From the IMG/VR virus record IMGVR_UViG_3300031965_000062, positions 1 to 43,818 of that record: DNA of 43,818 bases. One strand, given 5' to 3'. This DNA comes from a virus. Lineage: Duplodnaviria; Caudoviricetes. Under the pieces are notes generated by a model that worked only from the letters and a program-made list of their open reading frames with translations, was not told the DNA's origin and searched no databases. A program made the position numbers and the translations under genes. Shown here piece by piece: positions 24,095 to 33,710 of the stretch. Position 1 is the stretch's first letter. Each line of letters starts with the position of its first letter.

Positions 24095-24442
24095 TTACCT
24101 GACTCCGTTATGGGTGATTGAAAAGTGTCCGCCGTCGCCGAAGTCCCCACCCCAAGAGCAAAGCTCGTGCAGGGACTCCCAGTACTCCCCAAGGGCTCGA
24201 TACCATTGGGTCGTAGAGAGCACGCGCCCTTGAGACATGAGAACCAGGTCGATCGCAAGCCCGATGCGGTGAAGAGAGTTTTTGATCCCCTTGCCCTGAG
24301 CGGCGTACAACGCGGCTTGCTCGTCGGTTCTCCACAGCTCGCGGAGGCGCACCTCGTACCCGAGTTCGTGTGCCTTCTGGAGGAGGAGGATCAGCAAACG
24401 GGAGAAAAGTTCCTGTTTCTGACCGATCGTCATGGCAGCCAT
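24095..24442 (-). CDS. Endolysin, peptidase M15 family (L-Ala-D-Glu peptidase-like)
   Basis: RTDEQA..SLHRIGLAID..WGGDF.DGGHFS Zn-peptidase motifs. Confidence 0.9.
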   Translation of the reverse strand: MAAMTIGQKQELFSRLLILLLQKAHELGYEVRLRELWRTDEQAALYAAQGKGIKNSLHRIGLAIDLVLMSQGRVLSTTQWYRALGEYWESLHELCSWGGDFGDGGHFSITHNGVR

Positions 24443-24443
24443 C

Positions 24444-24731
24444 CTAGTTCGTGAACTTCGGGAGGTCTTCAGGGAGCGTCTCTTCGATGATCTTGTCCAT
24501 CGAAGCTGCCAACTCCCCGACCGGGCGACTCGGCAAACCCTTGTCGCACGTGATATTGTTGTCCTTCAAGAAGGTACGGATCACGTTGAGGGTCGCGGCC
24601 GACGGCGAAACCGTGTGAACCTCGCCCGCGATGACGGTTTGTTCTCCCTTCTCGATCAAACCCTTCAGCTTCTTCGCGAAGATCGCGTGAATTTCGTTCA
24701 GTTCGGCCTCGAAAGCTGACTTCTTGCTCAT
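24444..24731 (-). CDS. Terminase small subunit (T7 gp18-like)
   Basis: LNEIH..SAATLNVIRTFLKDNNIT pattern; RBS GGAGG. Confidence 0.8.
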   Translation of the reverse strand: MSKKSAFEAELNEIHAIFAKKLKGLIEKGEQTVIAGEVHTVSPSAATLNVIRTFLKDNNITCDKGLPSRPVGELAASMDKIIEETLPEDLPKFTN

Positions 24732-25132
24732 ACGTCCTCCAGAATCGTGTTCCACCAGTTGGCGATCATCCAAGTGGGTGGGCGAAGGTTGTGACGACAG
24801 AGATTTCCGGCGCGCGGGCCGCAGCTATTGTAGGCGCTTAATGACCCGAAGCGTCGGACCGCACGGTAGTATACGAAGCGCAGCCATTGAGAGTACCAAG
24901 GCAGCGCGACGCACATGTTCCGGCGAAGCTCTTTGTCAGCGGCTTTGCGGTGCGCCGGGCACATCGTTCCCTCGGGGTGGGCCCGCGTGCAGTAGCGAAA
25001 ATCGTGTATGCGGCAAGCGAAGTAGATCGGCTTGCAGAAGATCGAATCGGGCGCGTTCGAGCAGCCGTCGTCGACGAAGTCTTTGGGGATCGAATTCAGG
25101 ACGTCCAAGGCGGTCTCGCTTGAACTACTCAC
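24728..25132 (-). CDS. Prokaryotic-type phospholipase A2
   Basis: DDGCSNAPD..F..ACRIHDFRY..AD..L..NM..YYRAVRRFG matches the bacterial/fungal PLA2 His-Asp pattern; start uncertain (GTG 25132). Confidence 0.72.
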   Translation of the reverse strand: MSSSSETALDVLNSIPKDFVDDGCSNAPDSIFCKPIYFACRIHDFRYCTRAHPEGTMCPAHRKAADKELRRNMCVALPWYSQWLRFVYYRAVRRFGSLSAYNSCGPRAGNLCRHNLRPPTWMIANWWNTILEDV

Positions 25133-25565
25133 CGTCGAGAACCATGGCGCCGGCGCCCAGGGGTGACGCGCCCGCAATGCCGGCCTTCACCGCGTTGTCG
25201 ATGATCTCGACGCTGTTGTCACTGAAGCCGGTGTCTGAGGTGTTGCTCGTAAACCCGCCGCAGGCGTTACCGTAGGACTGATTATCGGCGGTTCCCTTTC
25301 CGACGATGGTCGTCCGCACGATCCCTTTGTAGGAAGTCCCGTCGGGAAACTTCATGGAACACGCGGTCTTAGTCGTGGCGCACCCGGTCGTAGCGAAGGC
25401 GACGGCCACGGACGAAAGCAGAAGCAGTAGGGCCAGAACGCCCTTCGCTCTCTGGACAAAGACTTCAACTCGCACTACGCGAACCTCCGTTGAGCGCATC
25501 GCTTCCAGGAGCATGTCGACCTTGGCTTCGATCCTGCCGATTTGCTGGGACTCATTCGGGGTCAT
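25125..25565 (-). CDS. Holin/spanin-like membrane protein
   Basis: Coiled N-terminus, TM VLALLLLLSSVAVAFA, lipobox-like TTGC; located in the lysis region. Confidence 0.5.
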   Translation of the reverse strand: MTPNESQQIGRIEAKVDMLLEAMRSTEVRVVRVEVFVQRAKGVLALLLLLSSVAVAFATTGCATTKTACSMKFPDGTSYKGIVRTTIVGKGTADNQSYGNACGGFTSNTSDTGFSDNSVEIIDNAVKAGIAGASPLGAGAMVLDGE

Positions 25566-25570
25566 GGCGG

Positions 25571-26230
25571 TCACTTCCACGCCCGGATGCGAATCGTCCA
25601 CTTCGATAGGTCGATGAACTGGAACGATGCGACGTCCTTTTGGAAGATGCGGACCGTCTGCCCGACGTAAGCTCGGAACGCGACATCAGTAGCGGTCCAG
25701 TAAATCTTGACGGGAATGCCTCCCCCGGCGAGCGCGTCGACGACGTCTCCCACCGCGTAGCCGAGGTCGGTCGAGGTGCAAGTGAGATTCGCCGTTACCC
25801 GCGTCGGGATCGCTCCGAACGTGTGTCCGAAGGTTTGGTCCCCGTCCGCTTCAAGCAGCGTTGCCGCCAGCTCGCCGGTATCAACCGGGGGCGCCGATAG
25901 CTCGTCGATCGCGTAGAGGAGTTGGTTCACCGTCGCGTTCATGTTGAGAGGCGTGATCCCCCCGCCAGCGATGAAGGTCACGATCGCCGCGGCAACGCTC
26001 GTGTCTCTCGCAATCTTCAGGGTCTCGCCGGTCTGCGGCTCGTCGCCGTCCTGAAAGATGATCTGCGTCCCAGAGTCCGAGAAGAGCCACTCTCCGACGC
26101 CGCTGCCGAAGGCGACTTCCACGTCGTCAATGAAGACGTGAACGTCTGCCGCCTGCGCGTAGGGAAAGCCGATTTCCCACTCGTACTGATCGGTGACGCC
26201 TTCGTGAATCGTAGGTGAGTAGACTGCCAT
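25571..26230 (-). CDS. Short tail fibre / adaptor (T7 gp17 N-terminal domain)
   Basis: EGVTDQYEWEIGFPY..DVHVFID..LKIARDT..F..G..LN..QLLY; follows the large internal virion protein. Confidence 0.8.
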   Translation of the reverse strand: MAVYSPTIHEGVTDQYEWEIGFPYAQAADVHVFIDDVEVAFGSGVGEWLFSDSGTQIIFQDGDEPQTGETLKIARDTSVAAAIVTFIAGGGITPLNMNATVNQLLYAIDELSAPPVDTGELAATLLEADGDQTFGHTFGAIPTRVTANLTCTSTDLGYAVGDVVDALAGGGIPVKIYWTATDVAFRAYVGQTVRIFQKDVASFQFIDLSKWTIRIRAWK

Positions 26231-26239
26231 GAGGCACCT

Positions 26240-29200
26240 TTATCGTAGAGCGGGCGGGGTGCCCGTCAGTGAAGAGAGCAGCGAAGACGGCTGCTGTTGC
26301 GGTTGATTCCGCGCCGCGCGGCGCTCCCGGTCGGCTGCCTTGATTGCATCTCGAAGCTCAGGCTGTTCGCGCAGGAGCGCCTTCTTCGCTCGCTCCCTGC
26401 GGTCGGCGATCAACTGCCGGATCAGCGACTGCTTTCCGTCCCGCGAGTCGTCGGCCTGCTGGTACTTCCGGGTTTGCATGAGCCGGTCAAGGTCGTCTCG
26501 CAGGTTTCGCCCATTGCGGTTCGGGTCTCCCGTCGCCAGGACGATGAAGCGGTCGCGTTGCTCGGGAGTCAACTTCGTGGTCCCGATCGCTTTGTAGGGC
26601 GACATCGAGGCCGTGAACCCGTGCTCGCGCGCGAGGCGGTTGACCTCGCTGTTGACGAGGGTGCCTTCCGACGTTCTCGTTTGGAAGGGACTCACCACGT
26701 CAGGGCCGACGCCCATTCCGTAGGTGATGGGCTCTCCGAACCAGTTTCGCCGGGGCGGGAGGTTCGTTGACAGCCCCGGGAGCTTCGCCCGGATGGCGTC
26801 GAGCAAGCTGTCGGTCTCGCGCATGAGGTGGTCGGCTTCGCCCGTGATTCCGACACCGCCGACGATACCAGTGCGGTTCGTGGAAGCGATGAAGTTGGGG
26901 ACGAGCGACGAACCGAGTCTCTCAAGGAAAGAGGGGAGGCGTCGTTCGGGGTCGTTGAGGGCGTCAACGGCGGCCGTGATTCCGGTCAGGTACGACTTGG
27001 ATTTGAGGTTTTCGGCAAGCGAGATTAGAGCGGCCGCGAAGACGTCGGTCGAGTCGCTTGCGTCTTCCATCATACCTACGGTCTCGCCGAGGTTCGCTGC
27101 GAGGCCGAGGAATAGCCCGATCGGGTCAAGGCGGTTGTAGGAGACGTACTCTACGCTGCCATTTTCTCGGCGCAGGGCGAACGAGAACGGCTGCCAGCCG
27201 GTTGCTTGTAGAGCCTTCCGCTCTTCGGGGTTTCCCGGGCCGGCGCCCGTGATGACGCCGTTGTAGGCTGCGATCGAGGCGATGGTGTAGAGACCCGTTC
27301 CGATGCCTATGCGGGCCCGGGCAGCTTGGAGCGCCGCGGTATCGCCGCCCTTCGCGGCCAACACCGCTTCCTTGTACCTATGCGTGAGATTCGCGACCCC
27401 CGGCGTCCTCTCGCCTACGAACTTGAGGATATTCGAGGGCGTCCGAACGAATGGCATAAGCAGTTTGAACGCGGGGTGCTTCGTAGTGAAGTCCTGGAGG
27501 CTCTTGCTCATCCCGTGGAGGGGGTCGGTGAAAGTGTTGATCTCGGCTTGGCGGACCGCCTGATCGTGCAGCGACGAATAGAGGGCCCTTTCGTCTGCAG
27601 CCAAATGGGGGTTCGTCGCCCAGTCGGGAACGTCCTGGATCAGCTTTTGAATGTGGGCGTCCATGTCGGTTCCCGCCAGCTTCCGCCCGATGGCGTCTTC
27701 CCACGCGAGGCGCTCCATTGCCATGCGGTAGTTAACACCCTTCGCCAGCTCGTCGGAGGCAGCCAAGAGTCGGCCGGGAACACCCGACGCCATCCCGAAC
27801 CATTCCACCATTTTGCCGCCGAAGGTATCGTCCGCGAAACGGCCGGCGTACTTCTCGCCCACAAGGCGACGCGCATTGCCGGGGGTGACTGCGCGGCGCT
27901 CGTCGATGTCGAAGGCTCGGCGCCCGCCGAATGAAGACTCTTCCGTGACGAGGGATTTCCAAGCGCTGCCGATCTCGTCGCCGGCTTGCGCGAAGTCCAC
28001 GCGGGCCCGCGCGATCGCGTTGGGGTTGGCGCTGCCAACGTCTTTGACAGCTCCCAGGAGGGTCGAGCGACCCGCTTCAGTCAGACGGAGAGCCGCGCGG
28101 AACCCCGCCGGAATCCCCTTGAGCTGCCTCAAGGCGCCTTCCATGAGCTGAGCGTTGCCCGTGAACGCCCCTTGAAGCCACATCTCGCCCGTGGTCCAGA
28201 GAGGGACGACGGCGTTAGAGATCGTGTTCACGGCGAAGGTGATCGGGCCCGAGAGAATTCCGTTCAGCCAGACATGAAGACCCATTCGCCCGGCCAAGCC
28301 CGCGCGCCCGTTCGCCCTCACGAATTTGTCCATCGCGGTCAGGTTGTCGAGAGCTGGGAGCATTCGCTGAGCAAGTTCCTTCACTCGGTCCGTGCCGCCG
28401 AACGTGCGGATCAACTCCTGGGAGTCGGTCAGCACGGCCAAGGGGTCCAGCGCCCTCGCCTCGCCGCGCAGCGATCCAAGCGTCCGCCCGATGCTCGTCT
28501 TGAAGCCGTCCATGACGCTTTGAACCTGAGCGGCTTGGTCGTAGGCGCGGAGAAGGTCCGCCAGCGTGACCGAGGTATCGTCGCCGGCCAGGACGGCCTT
28601 CGCAAGGCGGGACGCCCTAGCTCTCGTGGTCTCGTTGAAGACGCGGATTCCCGCCAGGGTCACGTCGATATTGTCCACGACGTCGTTCTTGTACTTCAGC
28701 ATGTTGCGGAGTAAGGTCTCGCTGGAGTCCTCACGGCCGAGAGCGTGAGCGTACCTCTGGGCCTCCCTTCGTCCTGCTTCCATCGTCGCGTCGACTGAGC
28801 GGGTCTTCGGGGTGCCGCGGAGCGTCGCGATCAGGGTCGCGAACTCGTCGGCCTCGGCGCGGACTACGTCGTCGTCCGCAATGCGGCGCACGTTCATGTT
28901 GTTGAGGTCCAGCAGCTGCCCGAGGGTCTCGTAGTCGAGGGGGAGCCCGGCGCGCTCTTTCGCGAAGATCCGCGTGGCGGCCTTGAAGAAGACCGGGTCG
29001 TCGGTGGCGATCATGCGGGTGCTGCGGGCGTTCCCCAGCTTGGCGTCACGCTGCTGAACGTAGCGGGTGAACGAGGGGATGTCGAGCGTTTCTCCTCGGA
29101 AGACGGAGTCCGGGTCGATGTCGGGAGCCGCCGAGTCGGGAATGTGGGAGGTTCCGAGAGCCGCGTCGCCGCCGTTTTCGACGGACCGGGCGGCCCGTAC

Positions 29201-30508
29201 CTGTTCAATCGTCGGGCGGGCCCCCTCGGGGACCAGAGAGTCGAGCGTCTGCTCGTACTGCTGTCGGACTTCGAGCGGTAGGGCGCGGTAATCCGGGTCG
29301 GCGTGGAGGCTCAAGACGGCGTCTTCGGCCGCTTCGAGGTCTCTCATGCGGGCGTTCACCAACTCTTCGAGCCGACCTTTCGCGGCTTCCGTCGCGTCGA
29401 TAACCCGCTGAGTTCCCTCAGGATTCTCTGCTCGGGCCTGCCCCAAGGGGGATTCAGCCCGGGCGGCCTCGTCAAACGGGGCTCCGAATTCGTCGATCGT
29501 CTGGCCGCGCAGTGCTGCGCTGTCAGCCATCTGCTGAGCTTCGGGCGAGAGGGGGACGCCTTCCTGCGCGCCGCGCGCCTCCGCGACAACCGGGTCACCC
29601 GGGTCGGAGCCAGCTCGCTCGAACTCGTCGCGGATCGTGACGGCCTCGTCCAACTGCTCGCGGGCAAAGGCGGCGCTTTCGTAGGTGCTCTTGACAGTAC
29701 CGGAGACCAGCTCATCCTGCCCTTGAAGGACGGTAGTGGCGTGGGCTCTCTGAAACGAGCGGGTCGCCTTGACGCCCGCGATCACGACCTCCGCGATCAA
29801 ACCAAGACCGAGACCCTCGATGACGTTCTTCATCCGCCCTTCGGCGTTCGAGTCTTCGGGGTCCGCGGCGAGGAATTCCGTGATCGGGTTGCTGAGCCCG
29901 AGGTCGTTGACGAGATCGGAAAACCGAGCTTCCTGAGGGTTCCACACAGCGAAGTCGGCGACGGCGCCCGCAGCCGCGGAGCGCGCAGCTCCGCCAACAG
30001 CGACAGCCCTGAGACCGCCCGCGGCGCGCGCTGAAGCGAGGGCCCGACTGACTTGTCCAACCTTGCCGATCTTGCCCATGACGCCGACCACGGGGACGAA
30101 GCCCGTGAGGAATTGAGTGATGCCGCGCGTGAGCGCTTCCGTGGTAGAGCCCGTGGGCTCGACCTTCGGAACCGCCGCGTCCACGTCGATGCCGCTGTCG
30201 ACCAACCCGCCCAGGTCAAAGATCGTCTGAGCGATGTTCACGCCCGCGTCGCGGATGCCGCCTGCGAAGCCGGTAGCGACGTCTTGGAAGACGTTGGAGT
30301 CGGAGGGGTCCGCATTGGGGTCCGCGGTGGGCGGAGCATTGGGGTCCGCGGTGGGCGGAGCATTGGGGTCCGCGGTGGACTCGTCAACGGCGTCCGCAAG
30401 AGCGGCCCGGTCTTCGATCTCCTGAAGGCGGCGAGCCTCGCGCTCGGCGCGGCGGCGCTCTACCTCGCGCTCGTAATCGGCGTCGAAGCTGTCGTCGTAT
30501 CGGGGCAT
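26240..30508 (-). CDS. Large internal virion (ejection) protein, gp16-equivalent
   Basis: 1422 aa; synteny; PFVRTPSNI, GWQPFS, YVSYNRLDP motifs common in podophage internal proteins. Confidence 0.8.
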   Translation of the reverse strand: MPRYDDSFDADYEREVERRRAEREARRLQEIEDRAALADAVDESTADPNAPPTADPNAPPTADPNADPSDSNVFQDVATGFAGGIRDAGVNIAQTIFDLGGLVDSGIDVDAAVPKVEPTGSTTEALTRGITQFLTGFVPVVGVMGKIGKVGQVSRALASARAAGGLRAVAVGGAARSAAAGAVADFAVWNPQEARFSDLVNDLGLSNPITEFLAADPEDSNAEGRMKNVIEGLGLGLIAEVVIAGVKATRSFQRAHATTVLQGQDELVSGTVKSTYESAAFAREQLDEAVTIRDEFERAGSDPGDPVVAEARGAQEGVPLSPEAQQMADSAALRGQTIDEFGAPFDEAARAESPLGQARAENPEGTQRVIDATEAAKGRLEELVNARMRDLEAAEDAVLSLHADPDYRALPLEVRQQYEQTLDSLVPEGARPTIEQVRAARSVENGGDAALGTSHIPDSAAPDIDPDSVFRGETLDIPSFTRYVQQRDAKLGNARSTRMIATDDPVFFKAATRIFAKERAGLPLDYETLGQLLDLNNMNVRRIADDDVVRAEADEFATLIATLRGTPKTRSVDATMEAGRREAQRYAHALGREDSSETLLRNMLKYKNDVVDNIDVTLAGIRVFNETTRARASRLAKAVLAGDDTSVTLADLLRAYDQAAQVQSVMDGFKTSIGRTLGSLRGEARALDPLAVLTDSQELIRTFGGTDRVKELAQRMLPALDNLTAMDKFVRANGRAGLAGRMGLHVWLNGILSGPITFAVNTISNAVVPLWTTGEMWLQGAFTGNAQLMEGALRQLKGIPAGFRAALRLTEAGRSTLLGAVKDVGSANPNAIARARVDFAQAGDEIGSAWKSLVTEESSFGGRRAFDIDERRAVTPGNARRLVGEKYAGRFADDTFGGKMVEWFGMASGVPGRLLAASDELAKGVNYRMAMERLAWEDAIGRKLAGTDMDAHIQKLIQDVPDWATNPHLAADERALYSSLHDQAVRQAEINTFTDPLHGMSKSLQDFTTKHPAFKLLMPFVRTPSNILKFVGERTPGVANLTHRYKEAVLAAKGGDTAALQAARARIGIGTGLYTIASIAAYNGVITGAGPGNPEERKALQATGWQPFSFALRRENGSVEYVSYNRLDPIGLFLGLAANLGETVGMMEDASDSTDVFAAALISLAENLKSKSYLTGITAAVDALNDPERRLPSFLERLGSSLVPNFIASTNRTGIVGGVGITGEADHLMRETDSLLDAIRAKLPGLSTNLPPRRNWFGEPITYGMGVGPDVVSPFQTRTSEGTLVNSEVNRLAREHGFTASMSPYKAIGTTKLTPEQRDRFIVLATGDPNRNGRNLRDDLDRLMQTRKYQQADDSRDGKQSLIRQLIADRRERAKKALLREQPELRDAIKAADRERRAARNQPQQQPSSLLSSLTGTPPALR
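30306..30378. repeat. 24-bp coding tandem repeat (TADPNAPP)
   Basis: GCATTGGGGTCCGCGGTGGGCGGA units. Confidence 0.85.
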
Positions 30509-30525
30509 GGAAACCTCAAGTCAAA

Positions 30526-32394
30526 CTAGGGGGCGGACTCTAGGGCGCGTTGGGAGACTTCTTCGGAGCCATTGAAAAAGAGGGCGTTGACCGCTTCGTC
30601 TGGCGTGAGCTTGCTCGTCAAGCGCTCCTGCCAGATCAGGTGCTCTCGGTGCGCGCGGAGGCGCGCGGCGCGCTCTTCAGCCTCAACGAGTGCCGACCGC
30701 TGACGGCGGCCTTCGGCTTGGAGACTCCGCATCGTCTCGGCTGAAACCTCGCCTGCGACGTGGCCGGCGGCGGCCTGTTGCCGGGTTACGTGGATCTGCT
30801 TGAGGTTCTCCTGAAGAGTCGGCTTCTGCGATTCCAGTATTTGTAGAGCCGCGTCAACGCCCGAAACCGAGGTCGGAAGGGTGACGCCCTGCGACGAGGC
30901 TTCGCGCGCGGCGCGCTCCGCTGAACTTTTGACGGCCCGCGCGGCGACGGTCTGGGCCAGCGAGTAGCTATCCTCTTCGGTGAAGGCTCTGCCGGACGTG
31001 CCGCCCGCCTTTGCCTTCTCGTCGCGCAGGATGTGGTAGTCCTGGATCGCTCGGGCTTCTTCGCTTTCCGAAACGCCAGCGTTTCTCAGATCCAAAACCA
31101 GTTGATCGACAGCCCTGTTGGCGCCTTCTTGCGTCTTGCCTTCGATGTCGACGATGCGGGTAGTCCGCTGATTCAGGAGTTGCTGCCCCTCGGGGGTTTC
31201 CGCGAGCTGGATCAAGCGTGGAGGGGAGAACATCGTCCGCAAGCCGTCGGCGTCGCGATTCGCGACGGCCTCGTTGAAGGCAACGATCTCGTATGGAGTC
31301 GGGGGAACGGAGGTTAAGTCGGCGTTTTCCAAAAGCTTTTTGGTACTCGCCTGCGCGGACAGAGCGGTGTTGAGCAAGGGGATCGCGAGGCGGTTGTTGT
31401 TGATCGCCCTCATGGTCTTGTCGCTCGGCTTCCCGCTGAGGGCCGTCTCAGTGAGAGCGGCGTCGACGAGGTTCCGGGCCGCCGCCACGAGCTTCGGGTC
31501 GTCACGACCGGCCAGGGCCAGCGTTCGATCCTTCGCGTTGCCAGAGAGGATACGAAGCTGCTTGACTCTTTCGGAGTCAGTGACGTGCCCGTCGTCGATC
31601 GCGATATCGACTAGCTCAGGGATGAACTCAATATTGGCGTCATCCTGGGCGATGCCGATCAGGGAGTTGGTTACGACTTCCTCCCGGCCGATCTGATCGC
31701 CAGGAGTCTGGTCCATAAGGTCGTGAGAAAGTTCCAGAAAAGCGGTCTTGAACCTTTCGTCGGCGTCCGCCGCGGGGCTCCCCTGCCACTCCTCAACGAG
31801 GTCGCCGATCGACTCACCGTAGGAGGCCCGGGCCGCACTCATTTGATTTGCAACGTAAAGACTCGCAACCTGAGAGCGCATCTGATCGACGCGCGGCGCC
31901 GTGACCTCAAAGAGACCGACCTCGCGGAAGCCGTCGTCAGGGAACGAAGCGATTTCCGCCTTGGTCAGCTCCTGGTAGGCCGTCTCGAATTCGTCGGGGG
32001 TCGCGAATTTCCCAGCAATTACCTGGTTTTGCAGCTCTCGGGTGAGTTTCAAGCCCCGCACTTGGCCGCGGTTCACTTCGACTTTCCGACGGAAGCCGCG
32101 CGTCACCGCGTAGATGTTCTTGTTCCCGATGGCGTCCTTGTGACGCTCAAGGAACTCTTCCTCGCTCTGTTCGATCTCAGCCGCCCGGTCGCCTTCGAGG
32201 AGGAGGTCGACCTGCTTCTGGAATTCTTCGTTTTCGAGGGCGCGTTCAGCGTCGAAAAAGTTGATCGTGTTCTGGAGAGAAGACCGGAGGTTGTTCACCG
32301 CGTTGCTCACGTCGGAGCCCGGCGGAGCGCCCTGAATCGAGGGGAAGTTGATCTCCGTCCTGCGAATGCGGCGAGTGAAACTGTCGTCAGCCAT
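30526..32394 (-). CDS. Internal virion protein, gp15-equivalent
   Basis: Synteny and helical composition. Confidence 0.65.
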   Translation of the reverse strand: MADDSFTRRIRRTEINFPSIQGAPPGSDVSNAVNNLRSSLQNTINFFDAERALENEEFQKQVDLLLEGDRAAEIEQSEEEFLERHKDAIGNKNIYAVTRGFRRKVEVNRGQVRGLKLTRELQNQVIAGKFATPDEFETAYQELTKAEIASFPDDGFREVGLFEVTAPRVDQMRSQVASLYVANQMSAARASYGESIGDLVEEWQGSPAADADERFKTAFLELSHDLMDQTPGDQIGREEVVTNSLIGIAQDDANIEFIPELVDIAIDDGHVTDSERVKQLRILSGNAKDRTLALAGRDDPKLVAAARNLVDAALTETALSGKPSDKTMRAINNNRLAIPLLNTALSAQASTKKLLENADLTSVPPTPYEIVAFNEAVANRDADGLRTMFSPPRLIQLAETPEGQQLLNQRTTRIVDIEGKTQEGANRAVDQLVLDLRNAGVSESEEARAIQDYHILRDEKAKAGGTSGRAFTEEDSYSLAQTVAARAVKSSAERAAREASSQGVTLPTSVSGVDAALQILESQKPTLQENLKQIHVTRQQAAAGHVAGEVSAETMRSLQAEGRRQRSALVEAEERAARLRAHREHLIWQERLTSKLTPDEAVNALFFNGSEEVSQRALESAP

Positions 32395-32406
32395 GCCTAC
32401 CTACTC

Positions 32407-33141
32407 CTACCCGGTGCGGCGCGAACCGCCGAGGGAACCCAAACCAGCCGAGGCGATGTTGATTGCGAGCGCGGTGTTGCTAGGGCGTCGGATCGCCTTG
32501 ATACGAGCCGTCTGCCCAGCGCGGATGGCGCCGAACTCACTGCGGGTCGCGCCCAGGACGCTTTCTTGACGAGCCGAAATACCGCTCGCGCTCGACTGCG
32601 ATTCGCGCTGCCTCTGTCGGAGCAAAGCGGCGAGCTGCACGCTGCCGCGGTTTTGAAGGTTTCCGGTTACGCCGCGCGCCTCCGCCGACGCGATAGCGTC
32701 AGCCTCGCGCTCTTGGGCGATGACCTTGTTCTCTCGACCTAGCTCGCCTACGGCCTGATTCTGACGTTCTTGGGCTTCTGCGAAGGCCGCCTTCGTTTCC
32801 CTCTTTGCCGCCTTCTGTTGCTCAGTGTGGGTAACCACTGCACCGCTGACGCCCAAGCCTACAACCGCCAGTTCAGCAGCGAGTGAGCCAAGCGTTGCGG
32901 TCGTCCCGAGAATACCGGCTCCAACTCCAGCAGCGGCCGCAGTTGCGCCTCCGGCCGTCGCAGCGGCCCCAAGGGCGACAGAGCCTCCAACTCCCGCGGC
33001 GACGCCGCCGGCTCCTGCTGACGCCAAAACCGAGCCGGCAGCCGCGCCGAGAACGCTCAGCGTCACCGGGCAAGCCATCGCCGTGCTGGGGATGAGGAGC
33101 GCCGCGCCGACAGCAACAAACGCGAAGACGACGAACTTCAT
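32407..33141 (-). CDS. Internal virion protein, gp14-equivalent, with a signal-peptide-like N-terminus
   Basis: Gly/Ala-rich hydrophobic N-terminus, Q-rich coil, AEARGVTG; synteny. Confidence 0.7.
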   Translation of the reverse strand: MKFVVFAFVAVGAALLIPSTAMACPVTLSVLGAAAGSVLASAGAGGVAAGVGGSVALGAAATAGGATAAAAGVGAGILGTTATLGSLAAELAVVGLGVSGAVVTHTEQQKAAKRETKAAFAEAQERQNQAVGELGRENKVIAQEREADAIASAEARGVTGNLQNRGSVQLAALLRQRQRESQSSASGISARQESVLGATRSEFGAIRAGQTARIKAIRRPSNTALAINIASAGLGSLGGSRRTG

Positions 33142-33710
33142 TGAGGGAACCTCCGGACCACTCGAAGGAACGACTCGCCCATGATCCCGTGCTTTTCACG
33201 AGCTTCGACGACGAACCCGAGACCCTCCGCCCAGCGGAGGCCGACCGTGTTTCCGGGAAAGACCCAGTTGACGACGAGGGGGTAGTCCTTCTGCAAGTAG
33301 TTCAGCCATGCGACCCCCTGGTTAAGGAAGTCTGGCTTGATTTGATAGACGCGGTCAGACGAGAGGAACCAAGCGCAGGCCGCCTCGGGAGCGTCCTCGA
33401 AGGGGACGACGCCGATCATACCTACGGGCCCCATGTCCGACATGATGGTGAAGTTCTGAGCGCCCGGCGCCCCGAGCGATAGAAGGCAGTTCTGCGAACA
33501 GTCGAGGCCGTTGACCATCCGGCACTCGCTTTCGTCCTGGACTCGCCAGCCGTGCGCTTCAATCTCACTCACATGCTCAGCGAGAGCCGGGAGAAGCCAG
33601 CCCCTACAAGCGGGCGGATCGTGCCGTGTAGAATCCTTGCCACTCAGCCGCAATAAGAGTGAGGGCTCGGAAGGAAGTCGAGGTGATCTTGATGCGGGCA
33701 TATCGGGCAT
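33138..33710 (-). CDS. gp13-like / acetyltransferase-fold protein (true start likely near 33600)
   Basis: RVQDESEC..GMIGV..AWFLSS..VNWVFPGN..RWAEGLGF. Confidence 0.75.
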   Translation of the reverse strand: MPDMPASRSPRLPSEPSLLLRLSGKDSTRHDPPACRGWLLPALAEHVSEIEAHGWRVQDESECRMVNGLDCSQNCLLSLGAPGAQNFTIMSDMGPVGMIGVVPFEDAPEAACAWFLSSDRVYQIKPDFLNQGVAWLNYLQKDYPLVVNWVFPGNTVGLRWAEGLGFVVEAREKHGIMGESFLRVVRRFPQ

